From positions 1 to 17,713 of the forward strand of contig DAOOUC010000013.1 in the NCBI GenBank assembly GCA_035390665.1: a DNA stretch of 17,713 nucleotides, read 5' to 3'. This document shows positions 5,932-17,400 of this stretch, piece by piece. The DNA comes from an archaeon (GTDB lineage: Archaea > Iainarchaeota > Iainarchaeia > Iainarchaeales > CSSED10-239). How positions within the stretch are numbered: the first letter of the stretch is position 1; each line of letters opens with the position of its first letter. The notes beneath the pieces are model-generated. The model was not told the origin of the DNA and made no database searches. It saw only the letters and a list, made by a program, of their open reading frames with translations. A program made the translations under genes and the position numbers.

Positions 5932-7746
5932 ATGTTAAAAAAAGATTATCTTTTGTTTTTTTTAATACTTTCAATATTAATCTTTCCAACGGTTTATGCA
6001 AAAGAATTCAAAATAAACAATTATGAAATAACTTATTTTTTAGAAAAATCAGGAAAAATAAATGTTTCTGAAACAATAGATTATCAACTATCTGGTTGTT
6101 TTAAAGAACTTTATCTTCAAAGACCAGGAATTGATATTACAAATCCAACAGGGCAGTGTATAGGCGCAACTTGTGAATTTGAATATAAGCAGATAGGCAC
6201 AGAATCAGGTGACCCCGAACTAATATTACGTGGTAATTTCTGTAATCAAAAAGTTACTGCACATTTTAATTATAATTTGGAAAATCAAATTAGAAACTTA
6301 GTTGATGGTGCACAATTCTATTATCAAGTTTATCCTGGAAAAACAACTGTTTCAACTAATGCTAAAATTATGATTTATTTTCCAGGAGACATAAATAAAG
6401 TAACAAGATTTATTCATTCAAAAGATTATCTTTTAGAAACAAACGATAACGTATTAATTATTTCTAAACCGGTAGGTGCCTATGAAATAATAGAAATAAA
6501 TTTTTTAATGCCTAAGGAGTGGTTTAATCAAGGAAGTCTTTATAGCTATCCAGATACAAATTACACACAAGCTCAAATAATCCAACAAGAAGAAAACTGG
6601 GAAGAAGGTTATACAAAATATACAAAAGAAAATGTAAAAACAGAAGCGTCATTAGGCATTACATTTCTATATCTTTTCTTAATGATTGGTTTACCAATTT
6701 TATTATTATTTATTATTTGGTTAATATTTGGAAAAGAGATTCCAGAAAATAAAACAGGTTATTCAGGAACCTATGAAAGGGATTTACCTGGTGATGAAGA
6801 CCCAATTCAAGCACATTATTTAATAACAGGGAAATTATCAACACATTGGTTTTCGTCAGCAATCATGTATCTTGTTTGGAAAAAGCAATATGAATTAATA
6901 AAACAAGAAGACAAATCATTTTTTAGTTCTGAAAAATATAAATTAGTAAAAATAAAAAATGCACCAGAAATTAAACTTCCAGGTTATGTTTTAGAAGTTA
7001 ATAAATTTTTCTTAGAATATTATCCTGACGGCACAATTGATTTAGATGAATTAAAAAACGGGCAATACAAACCAAAAGGAGATTTAGATTTCTTCTCAGA
7101 ATTAGAGGAAAAAACTAATTTCGCAAACGATTTTAGTACTTTACAATTAAAGGTTAAAAAAGAAATAAGCAGATGGGAAAAAGAAAAAAAATATTTTAAT
7201 AAAACTGGAATGATTATAGCAAATATTACAATTGTTTTACATATATTTATTTTTTCAGAAATAATTCAGATGATATTTATGAGATATATTTTTCCAATAT
7301 GGATCTCATTTGTTTTTTGGAGTTGTATAATTTTAATAATTCTTGCAAATATTATTAGTAGATCCAAGATAAGTTTTGCAGTAATTTTTGGAAGGTTTTC
7401 TAAAGACGGCAGAGTTAAAAATTTACAATGGACAAATTTTAAAAGATACATAACCGATTATTCTTTAATGAAAGAGCACCCGCCACAACACGTGATTCTT
7501 TGGGAAGAATATATGGTTTATGCAACTGCTTTTGGAGTAGCAAAAGAAGTTTCAAAGGCATTAAAAGTGGTTATGCCGGAAGAAGTTTCAACAAATCAAC
7601 AATTTGCAGTATATTCAGCATTTGCAGTAAGTAGTTTTTCAACATCAACGGATTACTCGTCATCCGGCGGTAGTGGCGGCTTTGGTGGAGGTGGCGGGGG
7701 CTTTGGTGGTGGCGGTGGTGGGGGCGGCGGTGCCGGTGCCCGTTAA
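5932..7746 (+). CDS. DUF2207-family membrane protein with glycine-rich C-terminal tail
   Basis: Signal peptide MLKKDYLLFFLILSILIFPTVYA; N-terminal extracellular domain NYEITYFLEKSGKINVSETIDYQLSG; several TM helices; C-term SSGGSGGFGGGGGGFGGGGGGGGGAGAR. Start overlaps or abuts the previous gene. Confidence 0.85.
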   Translation: MLKKDYLLFFLILSILIFPTVYAKEFKINNYEITYFLEKSGKINVSETIDYQLSGCFKELYLQRPGIDITNPTGQCIGATCEFEYKQIGTESGDPELILRGNFCNQKVTAHFNYNLENQIRNLVDGAQFYYQVYPGKTTVSTNAKIMIYFPGDINKVTRFIHSKDYLLETNDNVLIISKPVGAYEIIEINFLMPKEWFNQGSLYSYPDTNYTQAQIIQQEENWEEGYTKYTKENVKTEASLGITFLYLFLMIGLPILLLFIIWLIFGKEIPENKTGYSGTYERDLPGDEDPIQAHYLITGKLSTHWFSSAIMYLVWKKQYELIKQEDKSFFSSEKYKLVKIKNAPEIKLPGYVLEVNKFFLEYYPDGTIDLDELKNGQYKPKGDLDFFSELEEKTNFANDFSTLQLKVKKEISRWEKEKKYFNKTGMIIANITIVLHIFIFSEIIQMIFMRYIFPIWISFVFWSCIILIILANIISRSKISFAVIFGRFSKDGRVKNLQWTNFKRYITDYSLMKEHPPQHVILWEEYMVYATAFGVAKEVSKALKVVMPEEVSTNQQFAVYSAFAVSSFSTSTDYSSSGGSGGFGGGGGGFGGGGGGGGGAGAR

Positions 7747-7823
7747 TCTATAAACAAATTATTTATAAATCCTTTATTCTTATTTATTTCTAAATATATT
7801 TATAAAATCAGGAGAGAAAAAAT

Positions 7824-10238
7824 ATGGTATCTAAAGAAAAACAATTTATTATGTGGTTTGATGAAGTAGGAATTGAAGACATTCCTTATGTTGGTGGAAA
7901 GAATGCCTCTCTTGGAGAAATGTATCAAAATCTTGGAAAAAAAGGCGTAAAGATTCCATTTGGTTTTGCAATTACAGCTTATGCTTACAGATATATTTTA
8001 GAAAAATCTGGAACAAAAAATGAAATTAAAAAAATATTAAAAGATTTAGATACTCATAACCTTGATTCTTTAGCAGAGAAAGGACATAAAATTAGAGATT
8101 TAATAAGACATACTGAGATTCCAAAAGATTTAGAAAAAGAAATATTTGATGCTTATGATAAACTTTGTAAAAAAGAAAAAATCCCTGATCTTGATGTCGC
8201 TGTAAGATCAAGTGCAACAGCTGAAGATCTTCCTGATGCTTCTTTTGCAGGACAACAAGAAAGTTATTTAAATATTAGAGGAAAAGCAAATCTTTTAGAA
8301 GCTGTAAGAAAATGTTTTGCTTCTCTTTTTACAAACAGAGCAATCTCTTATAGAGAAGATAAGCATTTTGATCACTTTAGTATTGCTCTTTCAGTTGTTG
8401 TTCAAAGAATGGTTAGAAGTGATTTAGCTTCTTCAGGAATAATGTTTTCAATTGATACAGAAACAGGTTTTAGAGATGTTGTTGTTATAAATTCAACTTA
8501 TGGTCTTGGAGAAAATATTGTTCAAGGTGCAGTCAATCCTGATGAATTTATTGTCTTTAAACCAACATTAAAACTTGGAAAAAAACCAATTATTTCTAAA
8601 GTTCTAGGAGAAAAAGCAATTAGAATGGTTTATGATAGAGAAGGCAATAAGCCAGTAAAAAATATTTCAGTTGAACCAACTGAAAGAAATAAGTTTTCAA
8701 TAACTGATGATCAAGCCTTGCAATTAGCAAAATGGGCTTGTGATATTGAAGAATACTATTCTAAAAAAGCAGGCTATCACAAACCAATGGATATGGAATG
8801 GGCCTTGGACGGTAAAACAAATGAATTGTTTATTGTTCAAGCAAGACCAGAAACAGTACAATCTAGAAAAAATTTAAATAGTTACACAACATACATTATG
8901 AACACAAATGAAAAACCAATAGTTATTGGAAAAAGTGTCGGCCAACAGATATCAACTGGAAAAGTAAAAGTAATAAAGGATGCAAAAGAAATCAATCAAT
9001 TTAGAAAAGGAGAAATTCTTGTAACAGAAATGACAGATCCAGATTGGGAACCAATCATGAAGATTGCTTCCGGAATAATAACAAACAAAGGTGGAAGAAC
9101 CTGCCATGCTGCAATTATTTCAAGAGAGCTTGGTATCCCTTGTGTTGTTGGAACAATTGACGGAACAGTAAAACTAAAAACCGGACAAGAAATAACAATG
9201 GATTGTTCAAGCGGAGATGCTGGTTTTGTTTACAATGGGAAAATACCTTTTACAAAACAAGTAACTGATTTAAAAGAATTACAAAAAACAAAAACACAGT
9301 TAATGATGAATGTGGGTAACCCAGAACAAGCATTTGATTTAAGTTTCTTGCCAAATGATGGTGTAGGCCTTGCAAGAGAAGAGTTTATTATCAACTCTTG
9401 GATACAGATTCATCCTCTTGCTCTTATCAATTACAATAAGATAACAGATGCAGAAACAAAAGCAAAGATTGATGAATTAACTGTTGGTTACACTGATAAA
9501 AAACAATATTTTGTAGATAAGTTAGCACAAGGTATTGCAAGAATTACAGCCGCATTCTATCCAAAGAAAGTAATTTTAAGACTTTCAGATTTTAAATCAA
9601 ATGAATATGCAAACTTAATTGGTGGTAAAGACTATGAGCCAATAGAAAGTAATCCAATGATTGGTTGGAGAGGTGCATCAAGATACTATCAAGGAAATTA
9701 TGTTGCAGGTTTTGCTTTAGAATGCCAGGCAATTAAAAAAGTAAGAGAAGAATTTGGTTTAACAAATTTAGAATTAATGATTCCTTTTTGTAGAACAATT
9801 GATGAAGCAAAGAAAGTATTTGCAGAAATGAAAAAGAATGGATTAGAGAAAGGAAAGAACGGTCTAAAAATAAACTGTATGTGTGAGATCCCTTCTAATG
9901 TAATTTTAGCAGATGATTTCTTAGAAGTCTTTGATGGTTTCAGTATTGGAAGTAATGATCTAACACAATTGACTTTAGGACTTGATAGAGACTCTGAACT
10001 TTTAGGTAATATCTATGATGAAAGAAATCCAGCAGTTAAAAAACTTCTTGCTGATGTCATAAAGATAGCAAACAAAAAGGGCAAATATATAGGTATCTGC
10101 GGGCAAGCGCCATCTGATTATCCAGAAATGGCAGAGTTCTTAGTAAAAGAAGGAATAAAATCAATGAGTTTAAATCCAGACTCAATTGTTAAAACAAGAA
10201 TTGCAATTGCAAAACTTGAAAAGAATTTAAAGAAGTAA
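7824..10238 (+). CDS. ppsA: Phosphoenolpyruvate synthase (pyruvate, water dikinase)
   Basis: N-term PYVGGKNASLGEMYQNL; phosphohistidine motif GGRTCHAAIISRELGIPCVVGT; C-term GICGQAPSDYPEMAEFLVKEGIKSMSLNPDSI. Preceded by an SD-like ggagag. Confidence 0.97.
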   Translation: MVSKEKQFIMWFDEVGIEDIPYVGGKNASLGEMYQNLGKKGVKIPFGFAITAYAYRYILEKSGTKNEIKKILKDLDTHNLDSLAEKGHKIRDLIRHTEIPKDLEKEIFDAYDKLCKKEKIPDLDVAVRSSATAEDLPDASFAGQQESYLNIRGKANLLEAVRKCFASLFTNRAISYREDKHFDHFSIALSVVVQRMVRSDLASSGIMFSIDTETGFRDVVVINSTYGLGENIVQGAVNPDEFIVFKPTLKLGKKPIISKVLGEKAIRMVYDREGNKPVKNISVEPTERNKFSITDDQALQLAKWACDIEEYYSKKAGYHKPMDMEWALDGKTNELFIVQARPETVQSRKNLNSYTTYIMNTNEKPIVIGKSVGQQISTGKVKVIKDAKEINQFRKGEILVTEMTDPDWEPIMKIASGIITNKGGRTCHAAIISRELGIPCVVGTIDGTVKLKTGQEITMDCSSGDAGFVYNGKIPFTKQVTDLKELQKTKTQLMMNVGNPEQAFDLSFLPNDGVGLAREEFIINSWIQIHPLALINYNKITDAETKAKIDELTVGYTDKKQYFVDKLAQGIARITAAFYPKKVILRLSDFKSNEYANLIGGKDYEPIESNPMIGWRGASRYYQGNYVAGFALECQAIKKVREEFGLTNLELMIPFCRTIDEAKKVFAEMKKNGLEKGKNGLKINCMCEIPSNVILADDFLEVFDGFSIGSNDLTQLTLGLDRDSELLGNIYDERNPAVKKLLADVIKIANKKGKYIGICGQAPSDYPEMAEFLVKEGIKSMSLNPDSIVKTRIAIAKLEKNLKK

Positions 10239-10263
10239 TTTTTACTTCTTTTCTTTTTTAATT

Positions 10264-10758
10264 TTGAAAAAAATGAAATCAATACTTTTCGTATGTTCAG
10301 GAAATATTTTTAGAAGCATGTGTGCTGAGCTTTTTCTAAAAAAACATCTTCAAGAAAAAAACATAAAAATTAAAGTAACTTCTGCAGGCATTACTGCAAA
10401 AAAGCAAGAGATTCACTTAATAGTAAAAAAAGAACTTGATAGATTAAATATTGATTATTCCAAGCACAAGCAAAGAAAAGTTACAAAAAAAATTCTAGAC
10501 TCTTCTTCTCTTGTAATCTCTATGGCAAAAGTTCATCAACAATTTCTTAAAGAAAAATTTAACAAAGATTCAATTCTTTTTAATGAAATAGTTTTTGAAA
10601 AGAAAGAAGATTTCTTAGATTATCCAGATATTTTAAAAGAAACAAATTCAGAGAAGAAAGCAGAAAACTATCTAAGAAAAGCAGTAAAGGAAATAGATAA
10701 AGGTACAAAGAAAATGCTTCTTTCAAAGAGTTTACAGCAGCTTTATAAACATAATTAA
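10264..10758 (+). CDS. Low-molecular-weight protein-tyrosine-phosphatase/arsenate-reductase-fold protein (TTG start; ATG alternative at 10273)
   Basis: ILFVCSGNIFRSMCAELF contains the Cx5R(S) P-loop at the N-terminus; DYPDI in the general-acid region. Confidence 0.88.
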   Translation: MKKMKSILFVCSGNIFRSMCAELFLKKHLQEKNIKIKVTSAGITAKKQEIHLIVKKELDRLNIDYSKHKQRKVTKKILDSSSLVISMAKVHQQFLKEKFNKDSILFNEIVFEKKEDFLDYPDILKETNSEKKAENYLRKAVKEIDKGTKKMLLSKSLQQLYKHN

Positions 10759-10801
10759 TCAATATATATTTAGATTTTATAAATAAAATTGGTGATTAAA
10801 A

Positions 10802-11356
10802 ATGTTAGGATGGTTAATTCCTCTAATCATTTTAGGTCTTCTTGGTTTAATTACATTATTAATGTATAATGGTTTAATTATTACAAGAAACAAAGTAAAA
10901 AATGGTTGGAGTCAAATAGATGTTCAATTAAAGAAAAGATATGATCTTATACCTAATCTTGTTGAAACAGTAAAGGGTTATGCAAAGCACGAAGCAGGAA
11001 CATTATCCAAGATTACAGAATTAAGAAGCCAAGCAATGCAAACAAAGGATAAGAATTTAGCAATGAAAGCAAACGATCAAATGTCAAAAGCAATTGGTGG
11101 TTTACTAAACGTTGTTGTTGAAAATTATCCTGATTTAAACGCAAGCCAAAATTTCTTAATGCTTCAAGAAGAATTATCAGGTATTGAAAATAAAATAGCA
11201 TATGCAAGACAGTTTTATAATGATACAGTAATGGATTACAATAACAAATTACAAGTTTTCCCAAACAATATCTTTGCAAAAGCATTTAATTTCAAAGAAG
11301 AATCATTCTTAGAAGCAACATCTGAAGAAAAAAAAAACGTAAAAGTTTCTTTTTAA
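10802..11356 (+). CDS. lemA: LemA family protein
   Basis: N-terminal TM helix, then YNGLIITRNKVKNGWSQIDVQLKKRYDLIPNLVETVKGYAKHE and GIENKIAYARQFYNDTVMDYNNKLQVFPNNIFAKAFNF. Confidence 0.95.
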   Translation: MLGWLIPLIILGLLGLITLLMYNGLIITRNKVKNGWSQIDVQLKKRYDLIPNLVETVKGYAKHEAGTLSKITELRSQAMQTKDKNLAMKANDQMSKAIGGLLNVVVENYPDLNASQNFLMLQEELSGIENKIAYARQFYNDTVMDYNNKLQVFPNNIFAKAFNFKEESFLEATSEEKKNVKVSF

Positions 11357-11483
11357 TTTCTTCTTTTTTTCTATTTTTAACTTTATTTTAGTAAATAGTT
11401 AATATTTATATTCTTTTTCTTATTAAACATATATAAATATTTGTATCTTATAAATATATTATATATTAAAAGAGAGATAATAA

Positions 11484-14400
11484 ATGGCAAAAGCAAAATC
11501 CAAACCAGCTAAAGAAGAATTTGATGATTTTGAGGAAGAAGATTATGATTATTCCGATGAATCAAAATCAAAAGAAAAAAATATTTTCGGAAAAGCCTAT
11601 AGCTTTTTAGAAGAGAAATATTTTGCTTTTTCTGATTGGTTATCAAAGAAAGGAATTCCTTTAGATAAATTAAATACTTTCTTAGAAGAAAAAGGTATAC
11701 CTTCTTTTGCAGCAGTTACTTGTTTTTTCTTTTTGCTACTTGCAATAATTATTTTAATAATAATTAACATAGCAACAACAGCAACAATAGAATTAAACAT
11801 TACAGATTATTCTAATAATTCTTTATCTGATGTTCAATTAATTGTTTCTGATTTATATGGTAAAACAAAATTTAGTGGAATAGTAAATGATGGCGACAAA
11901 ATTAAAGCCAAATTAAAATCAGGAAGTGATTATGTAATTGAAGCCACAAAATCAGATTTAGAAAATTATAATAATCAGATAGTCTTTGTAAGAGGGGATA
12001 AATTTAATATAAAGTTTAATGAAAAATATACAACAGGAGATTTAAGTATTGTTGTAACAGATACTCAAACAAAGAAAAAAGTTCCATTATATGAAGTAAA
12101 ATTAAATTTTAGAATAAATGGAGAAGCAAAAGAAGAGGTTGCTATTGCAGATGAAAAAGGAGAAATTTCTTTTACAAATATTCCTTTAGATAAAGACATT
12201 ACATTAACAGTTAATGCAGATGGCTATCAAACATATTCTCAAAATTTTAGATTATTAAATTCTGTTGAAACAAAAAATATAGAATTGGCATTTGATGAAG
12301 ATTCTATATTATTATCAGGAAAAGAATCCAAAGTTACAATCGTTGTAACAAAAGAAAATGGAGACTTGATAGATGCAGCAGATGTAACAATTTATAACAC
12401 AGCAGGAGAAATAATTGCAACAAATTTAACTGTTCTTGGTAAATCAGTATTTACTTTAAACTCTGGTCAAGCAATAAGGTTTGTAGTATCAAAAGAAGGA
12501 TATAGAACATATGATAGTGATAAAGAAGAAAGATCTTATAGAATACAAAACCCAGAAGAAACCTATACTGCAAAATTAATTGCAGGAAGTTCTGATTTAA
12601 AAGTAAAAGTTTTAGAAAAAGGTGTTGGTCCTTTATCTGAAGCAGAAGTTTCTTTATATAATTCAAGTAATAATTTAATTGAAAGTAAAACAACACAATT
12701 AGACGGGATTGTAATATTTACAGGTTTAGATAAAAATACAGAATATATTGTAACAGCTTGTAAAACAGGATACTATTGTTTACAATCTTTTGCAAACATA
12801 GAAGAAGAAAACGAAATTCAACAAGAGTTAGAAAAAGTAAGCATAGACACTAGTGCATTATTATCTATTTATGTTTATGATTCTTTAAATTCTCCAATGA
12901 CAAACGCAAAAGTTAATGTTTTTAAAGAAGTTATGTCAAGATATGTGGCAACAGGTCATGGCACATTATCTGTTGATTTAACAGGCCAAACATCAATAAT
13001 GACAAAACATGGAGACAAATATAAAGTAACTGCAATTGTTGGCGAAGTTGAAAAAACAGAAGAGATAACTATTGATCCTTTTAAAGATAATAAATTAATT
13101 TTGATTTTAGATCAAGCATCAAGATTTGTTACTTTAAATTTAACAGATAAAGATGGAAATCCAATAACTGAAGGTTGTGTATTAATAAAATCAAAAACAG
13201 GAGAAATTCTTTTTGATGATTGTTTGAATGGTTCAAATATAGTTGAATTTAATAATAAAGGATATAAAGATTTAATTGTAGAATACACAGACATAGAAGG
13301 AAACACAACAACCATGTCAACAAGACTTGGAGAATCTGATGAAATAAATTTAAAAATTAAGCAAACAACTGTTGGAAATAATCCAGTAATTAGCTTCTTA
13401 GAATTAAGGGATTCTTATAATTCTTTAACTCCAATTTTAAGTTTAGATAAAGAATATTATGCAGTCTTTGATGTTTTGATACCAGAAGGGGCAACATCTT
13501 GTGCAGTACATTTTAGAGCAGGAGATGATGAACAAACAGATTCAGATAATATGACTTACGGAATAACAGGTTATAAGGCAGACACAACAAATTACAAGTA
13601 TTCAACAACATACACCCCAGGGCAACAATCAATAGATTATGATAATTCTGGTTCTCCAAATCAAATAAACAAATGGCTAGAATTATATTGGAAGAATTTA
13701 GATCAAATAACAAATAAGCAAATAATGATAAAATTAAAAGCAACAGAACTTGATGAAAAATTTATTTTAAAATATAGAGTGTGGTGTGAATCTGAAGGAA
13801 AAGTATATAGAGATCCAATAGATTCTGTTTTAGGAGAAACAAGATCTAATTCTCAAAAACAATTTTTATATGCAGACACAAAAGAGCAAACATTTGATGT
13901 TTTAGAAACTCCTGCAGATTGCTCCGGAGATTTATGTATTGATTATAAGTTTATAGATGATAGCTCATTTGAATATACTCCCGAAAAATTCTATGCAGTT
14001 AAAGAAGGATTATATGCATTAGAGTTGTCTTTCTTAAGTATGAAAAATACAGAATTATCAATTGATTCTGAAACAGACAAATCTAGACCAATAATTGGGT
14101 TAGTAAATTATCAAGATACAGGAATGTTCCCAAGTAATACTGTAGCTTCAGAAGAAGTTCAATTATCTTACACAAATTTAAATTTAGAAGCAACAAAAAG
14201 AAAAGCAGTTTATCTTTTCTTTATTGCAAAAGAAACAGGATCAACATATCTTGATTTAAAAATAAATAATAATTCTAAAATTACAGAAAAAAGAATAAGT
14301 TTTAATGTTGTTCCAAGAAAAACAATGGAAGTTTTAGTTAAAGATGTAATACCATATAATTCTCCAATAGTTGTTGAGATTAAAGACAAAGACACAAAAA

Positions 14401-17400
14401 AAATAGTAGATACTGCCTTTGTGAAAGTAAGTGATGATTCTGGAAGTTTATTAGGTAGTGTGAAAAATAGTAAAACAGGGAAATATATAATTAATCAAAA
14501 TTTCTCTGTAGCAAAACCAATTCTTGAAGTTACTGCTCCAGGTTATGCTCCATATGCAAAACATTTGATTATTGCAGATACAGGCATATTGTCTGCACCA
14601 GATAGATTAGAAATTAGATTTGGAGAAAACATTAGTCAAGAGTCAGAGTCATTTATAATAATAAATAAAAGTAGTCAAGAAATTACAGATTTAACCTATC
14701 AATTAAATTATATTGATTATGTTGCAAGCATGCAAGCAACTTTAGACTTACCAGCTGTGTTAAAATCAGGAAAATCTGAAAACTTAGAATTAATAACAAC
14801 CGTTGATCCTAAAGCAAATTTTAAAACCGCAAAAGGAATTTTAACAATTTCAGGATTTATTGGTAATAAGCAAGTTGTTAAAGAAATTGAAGTAATTTAT
14901 TATAGAGGAACAATAGAAAGTGATTGTTTAGAAATAAAACCAAAACAATTGTTTGCTTATGTTGGAATAAGTGAAGGTTCAAGTCAAGAGTTAATGTTTT
15001 CTGTACATAACAATTGTCAAAAAGCAATATCTATAACTCCTGAGCTATTAAATTCAAGAGGCACAAAGATTAGAAAAGATGAAAATATAGAAATAATTAT
15101 TCCAAATATAGATATAGAAGCAAATGAACAAATTGATGATTATACAATTGTTGTAAAAAATAATAAAGAAAGAAAATTAACAAAAACTTATAATTTCGAA
15201 ATAGCATGGAGAAATCAATATTTTGTTTTCGAAAATACAAAACTTAATGTTGAATTAGTAGATTTGTCAAAATCATTAGTAGTTATACCATTGGCATCAG
15301 CAATTTCTTTAGTACAAGTTGTAGATCAACAACCAGCATTAAATCAAACAAGATTTATATTAAAGAATGTTGGTAAATATCCATTAACAGACATCCAAAT
15401 ATCTAGATTTGAAGCAACAACATATTCAAATATAGAAGATAAAATAGAGCCTCCAAGTTTTGAATCTATAAAACCAGGAGAATCAAAATCAATAACAATA
15501 AGGTATTCTGGTAAAATTGATAAAGCAACATATGCTGATTTATATTATCAGGTTACAGCTAATGCAGTAGGGGTCAGTACACCAATAACTACAAAGTTTA
15601 GTGTTGGATTTATGTTTTCTTCTGCTGGTTGTTTAAAGTTAGATCAAACAAAGATTAGTTTCTATTCTAAAGTAAATGAAGAAAAAACAAAATTAATTAA
15701 TATTACAAATCAGTGTGCAGAACCTGTAGGTTTAATAACACACGACCAGGGAAATAGCACATATTTTATAGATACCTTTGGAGATGGAACACAGGTTTCA
15801 ATATATCCTGCAGTTGCTGCTCCTGTAATTTATCCTGGTCAAACAATAGGTTATTTTATAAGAATAAAACCAACTAAATATTTCACACCAAAAACAGATA
15901 GAGTTGTGAGATTATTAGGTGTTCCAACAAATTATGGACAAGGAGGAAGAGTAACTTCAAATACTTTCCTATTTTCTATAGAATTAGAACCAGAACACCC
16001 AGATCAAGAAGAAGATTATAAAAGAGTAGAAGAAAATATAAGTATTCCAGTTTGTGGAAAAGATTCAGAATCTGACGATTCAACAGTTGATTATACTTTC
16101 CCAGTAATTGTCCCTGATTGTAAACAAGACGGATATTGTGATTCCTATTCTGCTGCCGAGTTAATTTTAGAGCAAATACAAAGTTTACATACAGAAGTAA
16201 TAAATTCTTCAAATCAAGCAAATAATAAAGTTGTTCAAACAGCATGTTCACAAACTGCAGCAAATAACGGTTATTGTCCAATCTCAGACATATTGCCTCC
16301 ACAAAAATTACAAGAATATAAAAATATTTTATTGTATTTACAAAATGATAACTTAAGTGAAAGAACTATTGAGTTATTATTAAAAGATGGAAACACAAGT
16401 GCAACTAAATATCCAACCATAAAAGATTACATGGTAAAGGCAAATGTAGGTTATACAACAGGTGGTTTAGGATTTTCAGGAAATGTAATACATATTTCAA
16501 ATAAATTAAATGGTTGTGGAAGATATAAATTAGAAATAACAGGAGCCATAGCTACAAAAAACTACACAGACTTAGATCCACAAAGGGCTTATTTCTTCTT
16601 AGATGTAGTTGATTCAAATAAAACAGATCAATGTAAAAAAAATATAGAAAATGTAATGATATTTTTACCAAAAGATTTGAAATTTAGAAGAACAAATACA
16701 GGAGATACTTGGCTTACAATAATAACAGGAAGCAAAGATTTTGCACAACCAATAGCAAAAGATGTATTTGGTTCAGAAGATAGATTTGTTTTAAAATCAG
16801 TAGAACAAAAGAAATACAGTTTATTAGATGTAACAATAGGGGAATTAAAAGACAGTGAATCTGATGCAATCGCAAAAATGTATTATAAAGATTCAGTTGA
16901 TTCAAATAATTCTAAAGCCGAAGAAGTTTCAATAATAATAAATGATAAATTTGGAATTAAAAAAGAAGGCATTAAAGATGTAAATTATCCTGCAGAATTT
17001 ATAACAGATACTTCAAGAAGCATTAAAGCAATATTAGAAGGTAAACCTGCAAATATTTGTATATCAGAAGACAAAAGTTATATGTTAATTATGTCTATTG
17101 ATTCAGATTATGGATCTTTATTCTTAAAATCAAAAGCAGATGGTAAATTACAATTAAAACCAACAAAGACATGTACAGAGTTTACAGTTAAATCAGCAGT
17201 TAATGAACAAGTTTCAATTTCTTATGAAGATCTTTCAGGAATTCAACTTAATTTTAACTATGATGGTAAAGATTATCCAAGTCCTATGCCTTTGGTTTTA
17301 GAAAAAGACAAAGAATTAGATTTCAATGTTTGTATTAAATCAGACATTAGTCAAATATCGTCTTGGAATAATAAAGAATTAAAAGTAATAGCTGAAAGTA

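Noticed and set aside
5003-5933. Minus-strand ORFs 5003..5341, 5179..5415, 5604..5933
   Set aside because: Antisense shadows of the flavodoxin/ferredoxin and phosphoribosyltransferase genes.
7266-11285. Minus-strand ORFs 7266..7451, 10580..10762, 11013..11285
   Set aside because: Antisense to DUF2207, phosphatase and lemA genes; low-complexity hydrophobic translations.
11597-16905. Minus-strand ORFs 11597..11800, 12451..12696, 13112..13315, 13513..13743, 14210..14395, 15976..16302, 16714..16905
   Set aside because: All antisense to the single long + frame encoding the giant surface protein; Leu-rich shadow translations.
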